Program-made: the position numbers and the translations under genes | Notes under the pieces: model-generated | Told to the model about the DNA's origin: nothing | Databases searched by the model: none | The model's input: only the letters and a program-made list of their open reading frames with translations | Shown: positions 31,524 to 41,270 of the stretch, piece by piece | How positions within the stretch are numbered: the first letter of the stretch is position 1 | Layout of the letters: each line of letters starts with the position of its first letter | IMG/VR virus record: IMGVR_UViG_3300047470_000520 | Length of the DNA stretch: 64,000 nucleotides | Source: a virus | Lineage: Duplodnaviria > Heunggongvirae > Uroviricota > Caudoviricetes | Strand: one strand, 5' to 3'

Positions 31524-31718
31524 TTAACCACCATCCTTGTTATTTTATTTTCTTTAGTATTCCATATAAGTAATGACTGCCTCAACGTATGGTGTGAGTT
31601 GTTTGGATAAAACAAGAAGACAGATTATTTATGATGTAATTGACAAATTGTCAATCGATGCTTAGAGTGTGCGTCATGGCGGGGCGCACGAGGCGGCTCC
31701 GATGGTTTAGGATCCAGC

Positions 31719-32360
31719 ATGAGCGTACCTTCAGTGCTTGCAGATCGCGGCAAAAAAATGTTCTGGAAGGTCGGTTTGGCAGCAGTCTGCGCCGCTGGGG
31801 TGGCACCCTGGCTGATGACCAGGGTGATTGTCACCGAGCCTGGCTACAACACCGTGGTGGTCAATGCACCATGGATTGGCGAGTACTCCTATGAAAAAGA
31901 GGCGCTACCACCTGGGCGCACCATGGTATGGGTTTATTCTTTCGGGATCCCGGTAAAAACTGGCACTGACACGATCTTTGTGCAGGGCGAAGAGGTCGCA
32001 ACCAAGGATGGCAAGTCCGTTATCCTCTATGCGCAGGTCAAGCTACGCGTGACAGACCCCCAGCTCCTGATCTCATCGTTCGGCGAAAACTGGTACAAGG
32101 ATTGGGCAAAGCCCCTCATGCAAAAGTCCTTGGAGATCTATGCCGGCAAGCATGACCGTGATTTCTTCCAGGCGATGAATGGCCCACAGGCCTCCTCCTT
32201 TGAATTGCTGGAAAGGATGCAGGACGACTTCGAGGACTTCAGCATGCCGCTTGAAGTGCAGTACGCGGCGCCAGATTACGTCCAAAACCTCAAAGAGCCT
32301 CGGTACGTTTTAAGCGCTGATGCCAAAAAATGGACAATGAATCCAGACTACCGAAACTAA
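31719..32360 (+). CDS. Membrane-anchored hypothetical protein, weak SPFH/band-7-like pattern
   Basis: One N-terminal TM helix followed by a ~190-aa domain. Paralog of 32383-33015. Confidence 0.6.
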   Translation: MSVPSVLADRGKKMFWKVGLAAVCAAGVAPWLMTRVIVTEPGYNTVVVNAPWIGEYSYEKEALPPGRTMVWVYSFGIPVKTGTDTIFVQGEEVATKDGKSVILYAQVKLRVTDPQLLISSFGENWYKDWAKPLMQKSLEIYAGKHDRDFFQAMNGPQASSFELLERMQDDFEDFSMPLEVQYAAPDYVQNLKEPRYVLSADAKKWTMNPDYRN

Positions 32361-32382
32361 ATCACCATTCAGGGAAAATGTC

Positions 32383-33015
32383 ATGATGACTTCCAAGACT
32401 GAGGGCCCTAGCACGACCGCCATTGTGCTCGGGTTGATTGCAACCGTCATTGCCCTTGCATTGGGCTTCTCGGCCAGATTTATCACGACCAACGTTGGTT
32501 ACGAGACAGTGCTGGTGAGCCAGCCAATACTGGGTGACTACAAAGTGTTGCCTCACCCTCTGAAGCCAGGCAGAAGCCTTGAGTTAAAGACGGTTCGCGG
32601 CATCCCGGTCAAGACCGATAAAATGGACTTCTATTATCGGTACTCGGATTACTCGGGCAAAGGCGGCGACACCATTCAGGCAAAGATGGTCGTGAAGTCA
32701 AAAGACTCGGTGGCTCTGATCACCCGATTCGGCGAATTCTGGTACACCGACTATGTCGAGGACATCTTCGGTCAGGCAGTCGCAGATACTGCCCGCGAGT
32801 ATTACAAAGGTGCGCAAGCGGATAGCCGGATCTTTCAAACCGATTTCAACGGCAGGCTTCGGGCAGTAATACAGCAAAAGTTCAATTCTGCGGGTATCCC
32901 GCTTGCAGTATTTGTCGCGAGTGGTGAATACAGCCCTATTCGTGGCTCAAGCACTAATAGTTACGTGCGCAAGGAACATCAATTAACTGGCCAGGGAGTC
33001 AGATACGAAGAATAA
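32383..33015 (+). CDS. Membrane-anchored hypothetical protein, paralog of 31719-32360
   Basis: N-terminal TM helix. Shared motifs GIPVKT, SFGE.WY.D. Confidence 0.6.
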   Translation: MMTSKTEGPSTTAIVLGLIATVIALALGFSARFITTNVGYETVLVSQPILGDYKVLPHPLKPGRSLELKTVRGIPVKTDKMDFYYRYSDYSGKGGDTIQAKMVVKSKDSVALITRFGEFWYTDYVEDIFGQAVADTAREYYKGAQADSRIFQTDFNGRLRAVIQQKFNSAGIPLAVFVASGEYSPIRGSSTNSYVRKEHQLTGQGVRYEE

Positions 33016-33093
33016 TGCTAAATACATGCTAATTGACAATTTGCCAATTATCTGCAATGATTCAACCTCAAACCCTCATTAAGGAACACAAAA

Positions 33094-34029
33094 ATGGCTG
33101 GCGGTAGCCTGCTCACACTGTTTGATGACGTTACCACTCTGTTGGATGACGTCGCCTTGCTGACCAAAACCACCACGCAAAAGACGGCGGGTGTTTTGGG
33201 CGACGATTTGGCCCTGAACGCAGAGCAGGTTTCTGGCGTACGGGCTGAGCGCGAACTCCCAGTAGTGTGGGCCGTAGCGAAGGGATCGCTCAAAAACAAA
33301 GCCATCTTGGTTCCAAGCGCGATGCTGATCAGTGCGCTCGCACCGTGGGCCATCACCCCGATCCTGATGCTCGGTGGTTCCTACCTGTGCCTGGAGGGCT
33401 TCGAAAAGATCGCCCACAAGTACCTCGACCACTCCGCCGATGATGCTGCTGATGCTGAAGAAGCCAAGGCTGCCATTGGCAAGTCGCCGGCTGAGCTTGA
33501 GCGCCAGAAAATCAAAGGTGCTATCACTACGGATTTGGTGCTTTCCGCAGAAATCATGGCCATCGCCCTGGGCGCCGTGGCCGGTGCCTCTCTGCTGAAT
33601 CAGTTTCTTGTCCTGTCGGCGGTTGCACTGTTGGTAACGGTGGGCGTTTACGGCCTCGTTGCCCTGATTGTACGGATGGACGATGTCGGCTTCTACCTGG
33701 AAAAGAAACAAAGCCAGGTTGCCAAATCGGTGGGTAGAAAGATCATCCAGGCCGCGCCTATCCTCATGAAATTGCTGACAATTATCGGCACATGTGCGAT
33801 GTTTTTGGTCGGGGCCTCGATAATACTCCACGGAATTCCTGTCCTGTCCAACCTCAAGCATTCCGTCGAGCACGCTGCGGCAGCTCTGCCGGTGATCGGT
33901 GGCGTCATGGACGTGGCTCTGCCAATTATCATTGACGGTGTGGCTGGCGTCTTGTTCGGTGCCATCGTGCTGGCGGTGGTGACCCAGTTCCAGAAGGTGC
34001 TTGGCCTGTTCAAGAAATCTGCTAAGTAA
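33094..34029 (+). CDS. yedI: DUF808 family inner-membrane protein (YedI-like)
   Basis: N-terminus MAGGSLLTLFDDVTTLLDDV plus the GVLGDDLALNAEQVSGVRAERELPVVW block align with E. coli YedI, roughly 60% identical by eye. Confidence 0.9.
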   Translation: MAGGSLLTLFDDVTTLLDDVALLTKTTTQKTAGVLGDDLALNAEQVSGVRAERELPVVWAVAKGSLKNKAILVPSAMLISALAPWAITPILMLGGSYLCLEGFEKIAHKYLDHSADDAADAEEAKAAIGKSPAELERQKIKGAITTDLVLSAEIMAIALGAVAGASLLNQFLVLSAVALLVTVGVYGLVALIVRMDDVGFYLEKKQSQVAKSVGRKIIQAAPILMKLLTIIGTCAMFLVGASIILHGIPVLSNLKHSVEHAAAALPVIGGVMDVALPIIIDGVAGVLFGAIVLAVVTQFQKVLGLFKKSAK

Positions 34030-34147
34030 TCCTTAGTCACTGACGAAAAACAGAGCGTAAGAGCGCGGGGGGAAAGCTTGTTTGGCTACAAAAACAAAGG
34101 CTTTTTCTCTTCGCTCTCTCGTATGTGATGCTGGCCCGGAGGCCCCT

Positions 34148-34408
34148 ATGATCATTGAAAACGTGTTGGAAAAACGGGTGGCGACTGACCGTTGCCAGTG
34201 GATGGAAAACGGCAAAGTCTTCATGATTGAAGAGCTGTCTCGCGAAGATCTGATGCAGGTGGCGGCCCAGGCGCTGGCGCTGATCACTCGCACTGAAAAC
34301 CGCGTCCTGACTCTGTGCGCTGATCTTGATTCGTGGAACAAGGGTGAGCCCATTGCCCTTGAGCCTGAGCCAGCGACGGGCGACCATCTGTGGGATTTGA
34401 GGGCTTGA
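34148..34408 (+). CDS. Small acidic hypothetical protein (86 aa)
   Basis: ATG with a GGAGG RBS 6 nt upstream. The ORF 34082-34408 extends upstream without an RBS. Confidence 0.5.
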   Translation: MIIENVLEKRVATDRCQWMENGKVFMIEELSREDLMQVAAQALALITRTENRVLTLCADLDSWNKGEPIALEPEPATGDHLWDLRA

Positions 34409-34497
34409 TAGCCCCAAGACTTAAAGCGCGCCATGGCACGCTTTAACGGACTTAATACGCCCCGTAGCGCGCCTTATCCCTCTTGCAGGATGCCAAC

Positions 34498-35013
34498 ATG
34501 CTCAAAAAACTTAACTCCTTCGACATGCTGAAATCCATTAACGCCGGCATCGCCCTGCATAACGTGGATCAGGCACTGACGACCAGTCTGTATTCGGCAG
34601 AAGACTATTTCGCGGCAGGGTACTGCGAGCTGAAGATGGCGGAAGGCGCTGCGATCATCGAGGCCTTGCCGATTCGTGATCAGAAGCTGATCCGTCACTT
34701 GGCCGAGCGAACGCTTGAAGGCGATAAACACGGCTTCATGATGGCCCTGAAGCCTGGGCCTCAGATCGTGCTGGAAGAGAACGGATCGTCGCGTCGACTG
34801 GTCAGTACGGACTTTCAAGTGATAGCAGAAATCAACGGCAGCGGGTATGATGCGCCCTGCATTATCCAACTGTCCGATGGCTTCAAAGTATCCGGTCAAA
34901 CGCTGCTGGCTCATGCTGAAGTCAATGGCGAGCAACGCTATTTGATCAAACAGCGTACCCCGGTTGAAATGATTTGCTGCGCCATCGGCCTGATCAAAGA
35001 AAGGCTCTGGTGA
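34498..35013 (+). CDS. Hypothetical protein (171 aa)
   Basis: ORF with plausible codon usage. No recognisable domain. The alternative start at 34483 is only 5 codons upstream. Confidence 0.5.
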   Translation: MLKKLNSFDMLKSINAGIALHNVDQALTTSLYSAEDYFAAGYCELKMAEGAAIIEALPIRDQKLIRHLAERTLEGDKHGFMMALKPGPQIVLEENGSSRRLVSTDFQVIAEINGSGYDAPCIIQLSDGFKVSGQTLLAHAEVNGEQRYLIKQRTPVEMICCAIGLIKERLW

Positions 35014-35035
35014 TCCCAGGCCTTTAAGGGCCGAC

Positions 35036-35533
35036 ATGAATTTGCTGCACACGCTGTTAGGGTTTCCTGAATTAACAGATATTGACATTCAGCTTGGGGC
35101 TGCCATCGACGATGAGCCGGCTCCCGAGCTGAAGGCGTTGTACCTCCAATTGATGGTGGGTTTTCAGCTCATCAGCGAGCGCAACAACTACCCTGGCTAT
35201 GCCTTGATCGGTAATGAAGGCGTAGAGGACGGCGAGCTTCGATTGGTGTTGGAGCGCGAACACGCCGCAATTTCTGCCGCAAAAAGGTCGCATGGTTATT
35301 GGCGCACCGCTGTTCTGGCTGCGCAACAAAAAGCCAGGCGGTACGCTGTAATCCTCAAGGGCCGTCTGAAATGGATTGAGGCAATTGATCCTATTTTGTT
35401 CAGCGCCATGGAAAATAGTGGCAAGCCATTGTGCAATCGGGATTGCGGTCACCTGTTGGTTCATTTCAATATGGAACAAGAAGTCAAACGGCCTCTGTCG
35501 AAAGTACAGACGGCTCAAGACTGGCCTGCGTAG
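35036..35533 (+). CDS. Hypothetical protein, paralog of 35547-36176
   Basis: Shares YWRT...RL.WIEAIDPILFSAMENS with FRWLQRIDPVLYTAMAVAME in the next gene. Confidence 0.55.
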   Translation: MNLLHTLLGFPELTDIDIQLGAAIDDEPAPELKALYLQLMVGFQLISERNNYPGYALIGNEGVEDGELRLVLEREHAAISAAKRSHGYWRTAVLAAQQKARRYAVILKGRLKWIEAIDPILFSAMENSGKPLCNRDCGHLLVHFNMEQEVKRPLSKVQTAQDWPA

Positions 35534-35546
35534 GGGAGAATAGGCC

Positions 35547-36176
35547 TTGGGAATTATGCACAGCGACTTGATTGAACAAGCTCTTGAGCAGTTGGGCCCG
35601 CCCTTGACGGTGGAGCCTGAAATTCTGCATTACAAGGCCTATACCCAGGTGATCCGTGGCCTGTCGATGCACGTCACGGGCGACACCGAAATGGCGCTGA
35701 TGACGCTGTCACGGTTCATTGATAAGGGGCCGCCGATCCTTGTCCCCGATGAGTTGGAGGAGGCATCCGCCGCCCACTTCTACTGGAGGACGACGATCAT
35801 TCGGATGTACGTCATCGCCAACCAGGTCAGTCCCATCAATCAGCAGAACTTTCGCTGGCTGCAGAGAATTGACCCGGTGCTGTACACCGCGATGGCCGTT
35901 GCCATGGAGGCCCTCAAACCACACGTCTCCTGCTTTCGCCTGATGCATCACTACGGCCTGGAGGTTGGTCAGGAGCGGCCAATTCGGTTCGAGTCGCTTG
36001 AGGAATCGCTCCAGCGAACGCCGTATGAGAAACAAATTGCGCAGCACCTTAAAAACAAGGCAGATGAAGAGAAGGCGAAGGCACCACCAATGCCCGTTCC
36101 TACCGAGATACCGCCCAGCGGTCTCCATCTGCTGTTCAATAAATTGATCGCCGCAGTGCGAAACCGTAAGAACTAA
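35547..36176 (+). CDS. Hypothetical protein, paralog of 35036-35533, Lys/Glu-rich C-terminus
   Basis: See above. GGGAGA lies upstream. Confidence 0.55.
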   Translation: MGIMHSDLIEQALEQLGPPLTVEPEILHYKAYTQVIRGLSMHVTGDTEMALMTLSRFIDKGPPILVPDELEEASAAHFYWRTTIIRMYVIANQVSPINQQNFRWLQRIDPVLYTAMAVAMEALKPHVSCFRLMHHYGLEVGQERPIRFESLEESLQRTPYEKQIAQHLKNKADEEKAKAPPMPVPTEIPPSGLHLLFNKLIAAVRNRKN

Positions 36177-36184
36177 GGAAATCC

Positions 36185-36658
36185 ATGATGGATGCAACAA
36201 AACAAGGCTGGGTCGACAAAACCCATGAAGCGATTTTGAGCGTCGAGCGCTACCTCGGCATCAAAGGTGACAGTGATCGCGTCAGAGATTTCTCGACCCT
36301 GGCCAACTGGATCTATGGCGCTGAAGCCAACCCCCATGCATTTATGCCTTCAGGCTGGGAAAGCGTTAAAGACTCCGCGCAATCGTTCGCAGCCTTTCTC
36401 CAGACACTGCACCACTCGATGCTGGACGATGGCAGTCTGATCTTCCTGGAGGTTCAAGGTGGCCCGAGCTTCATGATCCTGAATGTCGATGATGACAACA
36501 CGGCCACGATTCAGGAGATTTTCGAGAAGCGCTCCAGTTGGCCTTATGACCGGCCATATGAAGTGCATCATGACGTGGCCAGGTTCATCAAGCAGTCGAA
36601 CTGGTACGGCAACAAAGGTACTGTTACCCAGGCTGATCCAGAAGTCGAAACGGCCTGA
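36185..36658 (+). CDS. Hypothetical protein (157 aa)
   Basis: AAGGAAA RBS then ATG. No recognisable domain. Confidence 0.55.
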   Translation: MMDATKQGWVDKTHEAILSVERYLGIKGDSDRVRDFSTLANWIYGAEANPHAFMPSGWESVKDSAQSFAAFLQTLHHSMLDDGSLIFLEVQGGPSFMILNVDDDNTATIQEIFEKRSSWPYDRPYEVHHDVARFIKQSNWYGNKGTVTQADPEVETA

Positions 36659-36755
36659 GGTTGACCAGGAAAGGATTGGAGGGGTTTCCCCGTTGATTGC
36701 CTCTCCGATCCGTCCCTATACTGGCTGAAAGGACGGTTAACAGCGGAGTTTTTCG

Positions 36756-37604
36756 ATGACCAGCAACGTGCCAGCACCAGCAGCAAAAACCATTTATGAC
36801 GATCTTGATCCAACTCAGGATTTGTCCAGGGTCAATGGCGACCCCATTTTTGGGTTCTACCCAAAACCTGAAGCAAAGACAAAGTCATTTCTGCTTGAAT
36901 TTGCAAAGGCGCCTGAGCATTGGAAGAGCAGTGAGGCTCACTCAACAGTCCCTTATCCAGAATTTGACCGGGCGATCACATCTGCCGATATCGAGAACCT
37001 GACAAAAGCCGCTGCAAGCCAGGAAGTATTCGCGAGCTCGCCAAGATTATCGGCTGCAGTGATGGGTTCCACCAAGGCATTTACCGAGATTACCAAGCAG
37101 GAATTCGCCAAGGCTCACATTGAAGCCATTCAACAGCCTCAGTGCGCTGGTTTTTTCGCCGTTGTGGCAATGGGGCGTGTGCTCAAGGATCTTAGCCAGT
37201 CATTTGGCCATAACAGCATTACGTCGCCAGGCAATTTTGCTGCGCGCACTGCACATCCTGAATTATTGACGCAAATCGGGCTGTTGGCTTCGGTTGCCTA
37301 TAACCTTAAGGTTGCGAATCCGAGTGATTTTCTGATGTCAGCGCAGTTCTTCCGGGCAAACGAATGGGAAAAGGCCCCGCTGACTGCTGAAGAAGTTCTG
37401 GCAATCCCGTTTGTCCTTGGCGAGCTGGCTGAAGTCTACGCCGAAGTTGAGCATGACCTGGGGCGCCATGCTGAATCGTGCGCCAAAAAGCTCGAGAGCG
37501 CCGGCTACCATGATGTGGCTGCGTACATCCACAAGGATTTAGCGCTCAAGGCTGAAGCTTCCAAGCCACAGCGCAAGCACGAAGATCCTGGCCTGGGCAT
37601 GTAA
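36756..37604 (+). CDS. LGL-tail family 3 protein (282 aa; tail …EDPGLGM)
   Basis: Shares blocks EF.KA.IEAIQQPQ..GFFA and PLT.EE..AIPF..G...E.YAEVEH..G.HA..CA.K....G with the other family-3 genes. Followed by a terminator. Confidence 0.8.
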   Translation: MTSNVPAPAAKTIYDDLDPTQDLSRVNGDPIFGFYPKPEAKTKSFLLEFAKAPEHWKSSEAHSTVPYPEFDRAITSADIENLTKAAASQEVFASSPRLSAAVMGSTKAFTEITKQEFAKAHIEAIQQPQCAGFFAVVAMGRVLKDLSQSFGHNSITSPGNFAARTAHPELLTQIGLLASVAYNLKVANPSDFLMSAQFFRANEWEKAPLTAEEVLAIPFVLGELAEVYAEVEHDLGRHAESCAKKLESAGYHDVAAYIHKDLALKAEASKPQRKHEDPGLGM

Positions 37605-37621
37605 ACCGCGCAACTCGAAGC

Positions 37622-37660
37622 AAAAAAGGCGAAACCATCACTGGCTTCGCCTTTTTCGCA
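37622..37660 (+). terminator. Rho-independent terminator (type A, identical copy at 38766)
   Basis: AAAAAGGCGAA-accatcactgg-CTTCGCCTTTTT. Confidence 0.75.
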
Positions 37661-37699
37661 TCTGCGCTTTTCCCATCAGTGATTGTTTAGTCTCGCGCT

Positions 37700-37737
37700 C
37701 TCTCACTACACTGTTGGGAGAGCCAGGAGATTTTTGC
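37700..37737 (+). promoter_or_regulatory. Conserved family-3 5' leader/promoter region (TACACT … AGCCAGGAGATTTTTGC-ATG)
   Basis: Near-identical to 42580-42609 and 43898-43937 over the RBS and first codons (AAGGAGATTTTTGCATGACCGA). Confidence 0.5.
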
Positions 37738-38748
37738 ATGACCGATTTAAAAAATGAGCCACAAGGCGAGCCAAACCCACGATCAAAGCTCGAGGAAAAC
37801 CTGTCTAATCAACAAGAAGACATGGAGCTCGGTCGTACGGATACCCTTGGGAATAAACTTCACAAGAACGGCTTGATAAGCACTCTTGCAGATAAGGCGA
37901 AGCCTTTCTTTGAAAAATTGTTCAATCCCAAACCAAATGCTGAAGTCGAAGCCAAACAAAGAGGCATTTTTTATGGATTCGATACCACCATGAATCACCC
38001 CAATGCGAATGGAGAGCCGTTCTTCGGTCTGTACCTCAGAGCTAGCAAATATACCCATAACCCTTTTTCCGAACCTTTACGCTATGAGTACCCTGCTGCC
38101 GATTCAGAATACGCGGGTACACCGCTGCTTTATCTGCACAAGATCGACGAATCAGATCTAGATGCCATGAGAGCGAGTCTGAATAACCCTGGCTTTAGCA
38201 TGTTCTCAGAAAAAAATCTGAAGGCCATTTTGAATTCGCTGTCCGACACAACTCCGATCACCCGCAAGGAGTTCGTCAGCGCGTTCGTGGATGCCATCCA
38301 AACGCCACAGGCTGCGACCTTTATGGCAGCAGCGGCTCTTTCGCTCACTGCGCCAAAGTCCGAATACAACGGGTTGAGCTTTTATGAGCCTGTGCGCAGC
38401 ATCTATACGGAGCGCGATTGGCTTTCTCAGATGGCTACCGGGTCAACGTTTGGTAACTATGCCATGGAATTCGTGCCATCGGCTCAGATTTTCAGAGTGG
38501 ATGAGTTCGCTAAAAATCCACTGACAGAAGATGAGATCAAAGCGATCCCGGCGCTCACTGGCTTTTATGCCGAGGCCTATGAAGAAGCGGGTCAAGATCA
38601 CAGTGCTCATGCGCTCAGCGTGACTAACAAGTTGCGAGAGGCAGGCTTCCCCGAAGTAGCCGCTGAGATCGCCAAGCTGAATGGCATCGAAATCAAGGTG
38701 GAAAAGCGCTCCACGCCGATAAGCTATGATGGCGGCCTGGGGCTTTAA
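37738..38748 (+). CDS. LGL-tail family 3 protein (336 aa; tail …YDGGLGL)
   Basis: Start at the conserved ATGACCGA (MTDLKNEP). Blocks KEFVSAFVDAIQTPQAATFMAAAALSL and PLTEDEIKAIPALTGFYAEAYEEAGQDHSAHA. Confidence 0.8.
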   Translation: MTDLKNEPQGEPNPRSKLEENLSNQQEDMELGRTDTLGNKLHKNGLISTLADKAKPFFEKLFNPKPNAEVEAKQRGIFYGFDTTMNHPNANGEPFFGLYLRASKYTHNPFSEPLRYEYPAADSEYAGTPLLYLHKIDESDLDAMRASLNNPGFSMFSEKNLKAILNSLSDTTPITRKEFVSAFVDAIQTPQAATFMAAAALSLTAPKSEYNGLSFYEPVRSIYTERDWLSQMATGSTFGNYAMEFVPSAQIFRVDEFAKNPLTEDEIKAIPALTGFYAEAYEEAGQDHSAHALSVTNKLREAGFPEVAAEIAKLNGIEIKVEKRSTPISYDGGLGL

Positions 38749-38765
38749 GCCTCCACCACTCCTAG

Positions 38766-38805
38766 CAAAAAAGGCGAAGCCATCACTGGCTTCGCCTTTT
38801 TCGCA
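38766..38805 (+). terminator. Rho-independent terminator (type A)
   Basis: Same hairpin sequence as 37622-37660. Confidence 0.75.
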
Positions 38806-38990
38806 TCTACGCTCGCCACCCGCTGAGGCATAAGAGGGGAATCGCTACACGGTAGCCATTGGCTCTGGAGTCTTCCCCCTAGCACGTCCATCACAAGCCA
38901 GCCTGGTGCCAGTGGAGCACTGGTTCAGCAGGCCGAACAGCGTGGCGCTGTAGACCTCTCTACATTACCACCGCAGCCTGTCAGCTTCAA

Positions 38991-39731
38991 TCAGGCGCCA
39001 ATAGCCTCTGGCGCCTGGGTCATGCGCAGGTTCACATTCTTGGTGCGGGTCTGATCTTTCTCAATGATGCTGTCGATGATCTCGGACACCGATTGCTTGA
39101 TGTTTTTGTAGTCACGCACTTCTGACTCACTGATCTTGACGACGACGTCCAGCGAAAGGTCTTCGTCGGCGTAGCCCATCATGCAGTTTCTGGCGTCCTG
39201 TACGCCATCGGACAGGTAGCAGTAGATGGCCATGTCGGTGTTGCCCTTTTTGTCGGGCTTAAGATAAAAATCGACGCGATCTGGATGCCCTTCAGATGAC
39301 CGGCCACGCACGTAGGTCAGGCCGTTTTCGACAACCACTTTGGGAAACGGCGTGCTTTTGGCGTCCTGGTAATTCTTTGGGTTGTAGAGGGACTTTAGCG
39401 TGGTCTTGATTGGCAGGTTGAAGCTGGAGGAAATAGGCTTCAGGGTGATGGAGAAATTGTGAGCCCTTTCGATGGCGCCAGACATGCTGTCGGCATTTTC
39501 TATGTAGGATGTTGAAGCCTGGATCTGAAGGGTATTGGGCTCATCGCCACAGGTGATGGCGTTGATGCTTGGGTTTTGACCGTCATCGGAGGGCATAAAA
39601 CGGTCAGGCAATTTGATGTGGAGCTCGCTGACCATGGGGCACGCTGCGCCCTGGGTTTGGGAAGCCATCAGCTTTTCGGAGACGGGTATCGTGAAGAATA
39701 AAAGAGCAGAAAAAATATTGGAAAATTTCAT
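38991..39731 (-). CDS. Secreted/periplasmic hypothetical protein (signal peptide)
   Basis: N-terminal MKFSNIFSALLFFTIPVS... has a hydrophobic core. 246 aa. Confidence 0.6.
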   Translation of the reverse strand: MKFSNIFSALLFFTIPVSEKLMASQTQGAACPMVSELHIKLPDRFMPSDDGQNPSINAITCGDEPNTLQIQASTSYIENADSMSGAIERAHNFSITLKPISSSFNLPIKTTLKSLYNPKNYQDAKSTPFPKVVVENGLTYVRGRSSEGHPDRVDFYLKPDKKGNTDMAIYCYLSDGVQDARNCMMGYADEDLSLDVVVKISESEVRDYKNIKQSVSEIIDSIIEKDQTRTKNVNLRMTQAPEAIGA

Positions 39732-39916
39732 GATAAATGGCAGCGACGAGTAAAGAGGCCGCGCATGGTAGCCACCAAAGCACTTTTTTTCAATTATTTT
39801 TGAACTTATTGCGGGAATGCGAATCGGAGTCAGGTTTTTCCTGATGGCAGGCTTCAGGGAATCCCTTCAATTGGCCAGGTCTCCCCCGCTATAATGCCTG
39901 AAATTGGAGGCTTACC

Positions 39917-40558
39917 GTGGATCGAGCAGAAATCGTCAAGCAGAGAGTGCTCAAGAACTCTGGCGTTGGTAGCCGGTACGAAACGCTTGCGCTGAATTCA
40001 AGAATGCAAATTGACGTGGCCATCACCATCATTTGCTGCGGCTTTGAGCAGGCAGGGGTGAAGCACCTGGAGACTCGAAGTAGTCTAGGGTATTACGTTT
40101 TTCATGGCCTTCTGGATGAACCAAACCTGACGAAGGAAGACATTATTCATAAATTGTCTGATATTCACCTCAAGACATCCCCTTTCATGAGCGTTTCCCA
40201 ATATTGCTCAATGTTGACCACGACCCTGTATGCGCTGAGGAAGTACGACTACAAGGTTGAGCCCTTCATCCGGCAAGTATGGTCGGATACGCTGAGGACT
40301 TCGGAGGACGACAATGTTAAAAAGCTCTTGGGCGTGGGCCCTGGATCGGGTCGGCGTATGTCTGATGGCGATGACGTCACTCAGGGGCTGATCCTCAAGG
40401 TGTTGCTCGAGCAGGACGGTGGCAAGGCACACATCATCAAGCACTTCACCAAGCCGACACTCGGCAAGATGGTTTTGAAGCACAGTTTGAGTGGTTTCGA
40501 AGGGGTGATCAGCCGAAAAGATGCGGGTTCGCTGCTGTCTGATCAATTGGGCCTGTGA
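39917..40558 (+). CDS. LGL-tail family 4 protein (213 aa; tail …RKDAGSLLSDQLGL)
   Basis: GTG start with GGAGG 6 nt upstream. Paralog of the next gene. Confidence 0.7.
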   Translation: MDRAEIVKQRVLKNSGVGSRYETLALNSRMQIDVAITIICCGFEQAGVKHLETRSSLGYYVFHGLLDEPNLTKEDIIHKLSDIHLKTSPFMSVSQYCSMLTTTLYALRKYDYKVEPFIRQVWSDTLRTSEDDNVKKLLGVGPGSGRRMSDGDDVTQGLILKVLLEQDGGKAHIIKHFTKPTLGKMVLKHSLSGFEGVISRKDAGSLLSDQLGL

Positions 40559-40598
40559 CCATCGATCCACGGATATACTGAGTAAAATTGGAGGAAAA

Positions 40599-41240
40599 AT
40601 GAATCACGAAGACCTGGTCAGAATGAACGTCATGAAGGAAGCTGGCGTAGATGGGCGATTTTCCTGGCTTGCCGAGTATGAGCAGCAAGAGCTGGATGCC
40701 GCGATTGCCATCGTGCGCCAGGGTTTTCAGCCCGAGTTGATTAGCGGCCTTTCGTCTCTCACTGAGCTGGGTGTTTACCTGCTGAGTGCCCTTGAAACGG
40801 ATCATGATCGCCCCCGCGAAGACATTTTTTACAGATTGGCAGAGACGCATGTCGAGTGCTCAAAATCGCTGGACATGTCGAGCTACTACCAAATGCTGGG
40901 GGCGACGGTTAAACGCTTCAAGGATGACAAGTCGGACGTAAGGCTATTCGTTCATGGCTTGTGGGCAATCACCGTAGAGCGGCTTGATGCCTCCGGAGTC
41001 CTGAAGCTTATTGGCGTGGCCCCAGAAATCACCCACAACAAGATCGGTACTGAAATCTTCGCCCAAGGTGCCATCCTGCGGTTCTTCACCGAGATGCCCG
41101 GTCACAAGGAATTTCTGATCAAGCACGTTCCACAACACACGCTGGGCAAGCTCGTACGCAAGTATGAACTGGAGGGCCTGGAAGGCGCTATCAGCCGTAA
41201 AGACGCCGGGCATCTACTGTCTGATCGATTAGGTCTTTGA
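40599..41240 (+). CDS. LGL-tail family 4 protein (213 aa; tail …RKDAGHLLSDRLGL)
   Basis: ATG with a GGAGGA RBS. Shared blocks with 39917-40558 (KLLGVGP/LIGVAPE, LEGVISRKDAG). Confidence 0.75.
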   Translation: MNHEDLVRMNVMKEAGVDGRFSWLAEYEQQELDAAIAIVRQGFQPELISGLSSLTELGVYLLSALETDHDRPREDIFYRLAETHVECSKSLDMSSYYQMLGATVKRFKDDKSDVRLFVHGLWAITVERLDASGVLKLIGVAPEITHNKIGTEIFAQGAILRFFTEMPGHKEFLIKHVPQHTLGKLVRKYELEGLEGAISRKDAGHLLSDRLGL

Positions 41241-41270
41241 GCCCCCACAACGCCTTACAGGAGCTTTCGC

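Noticed and set aside
33079-33873. 264-aa minus-strand ORF
   Set aside because: It is antisense to the strongly supported DUF808/YedI gene, so it is a shadow ORF.
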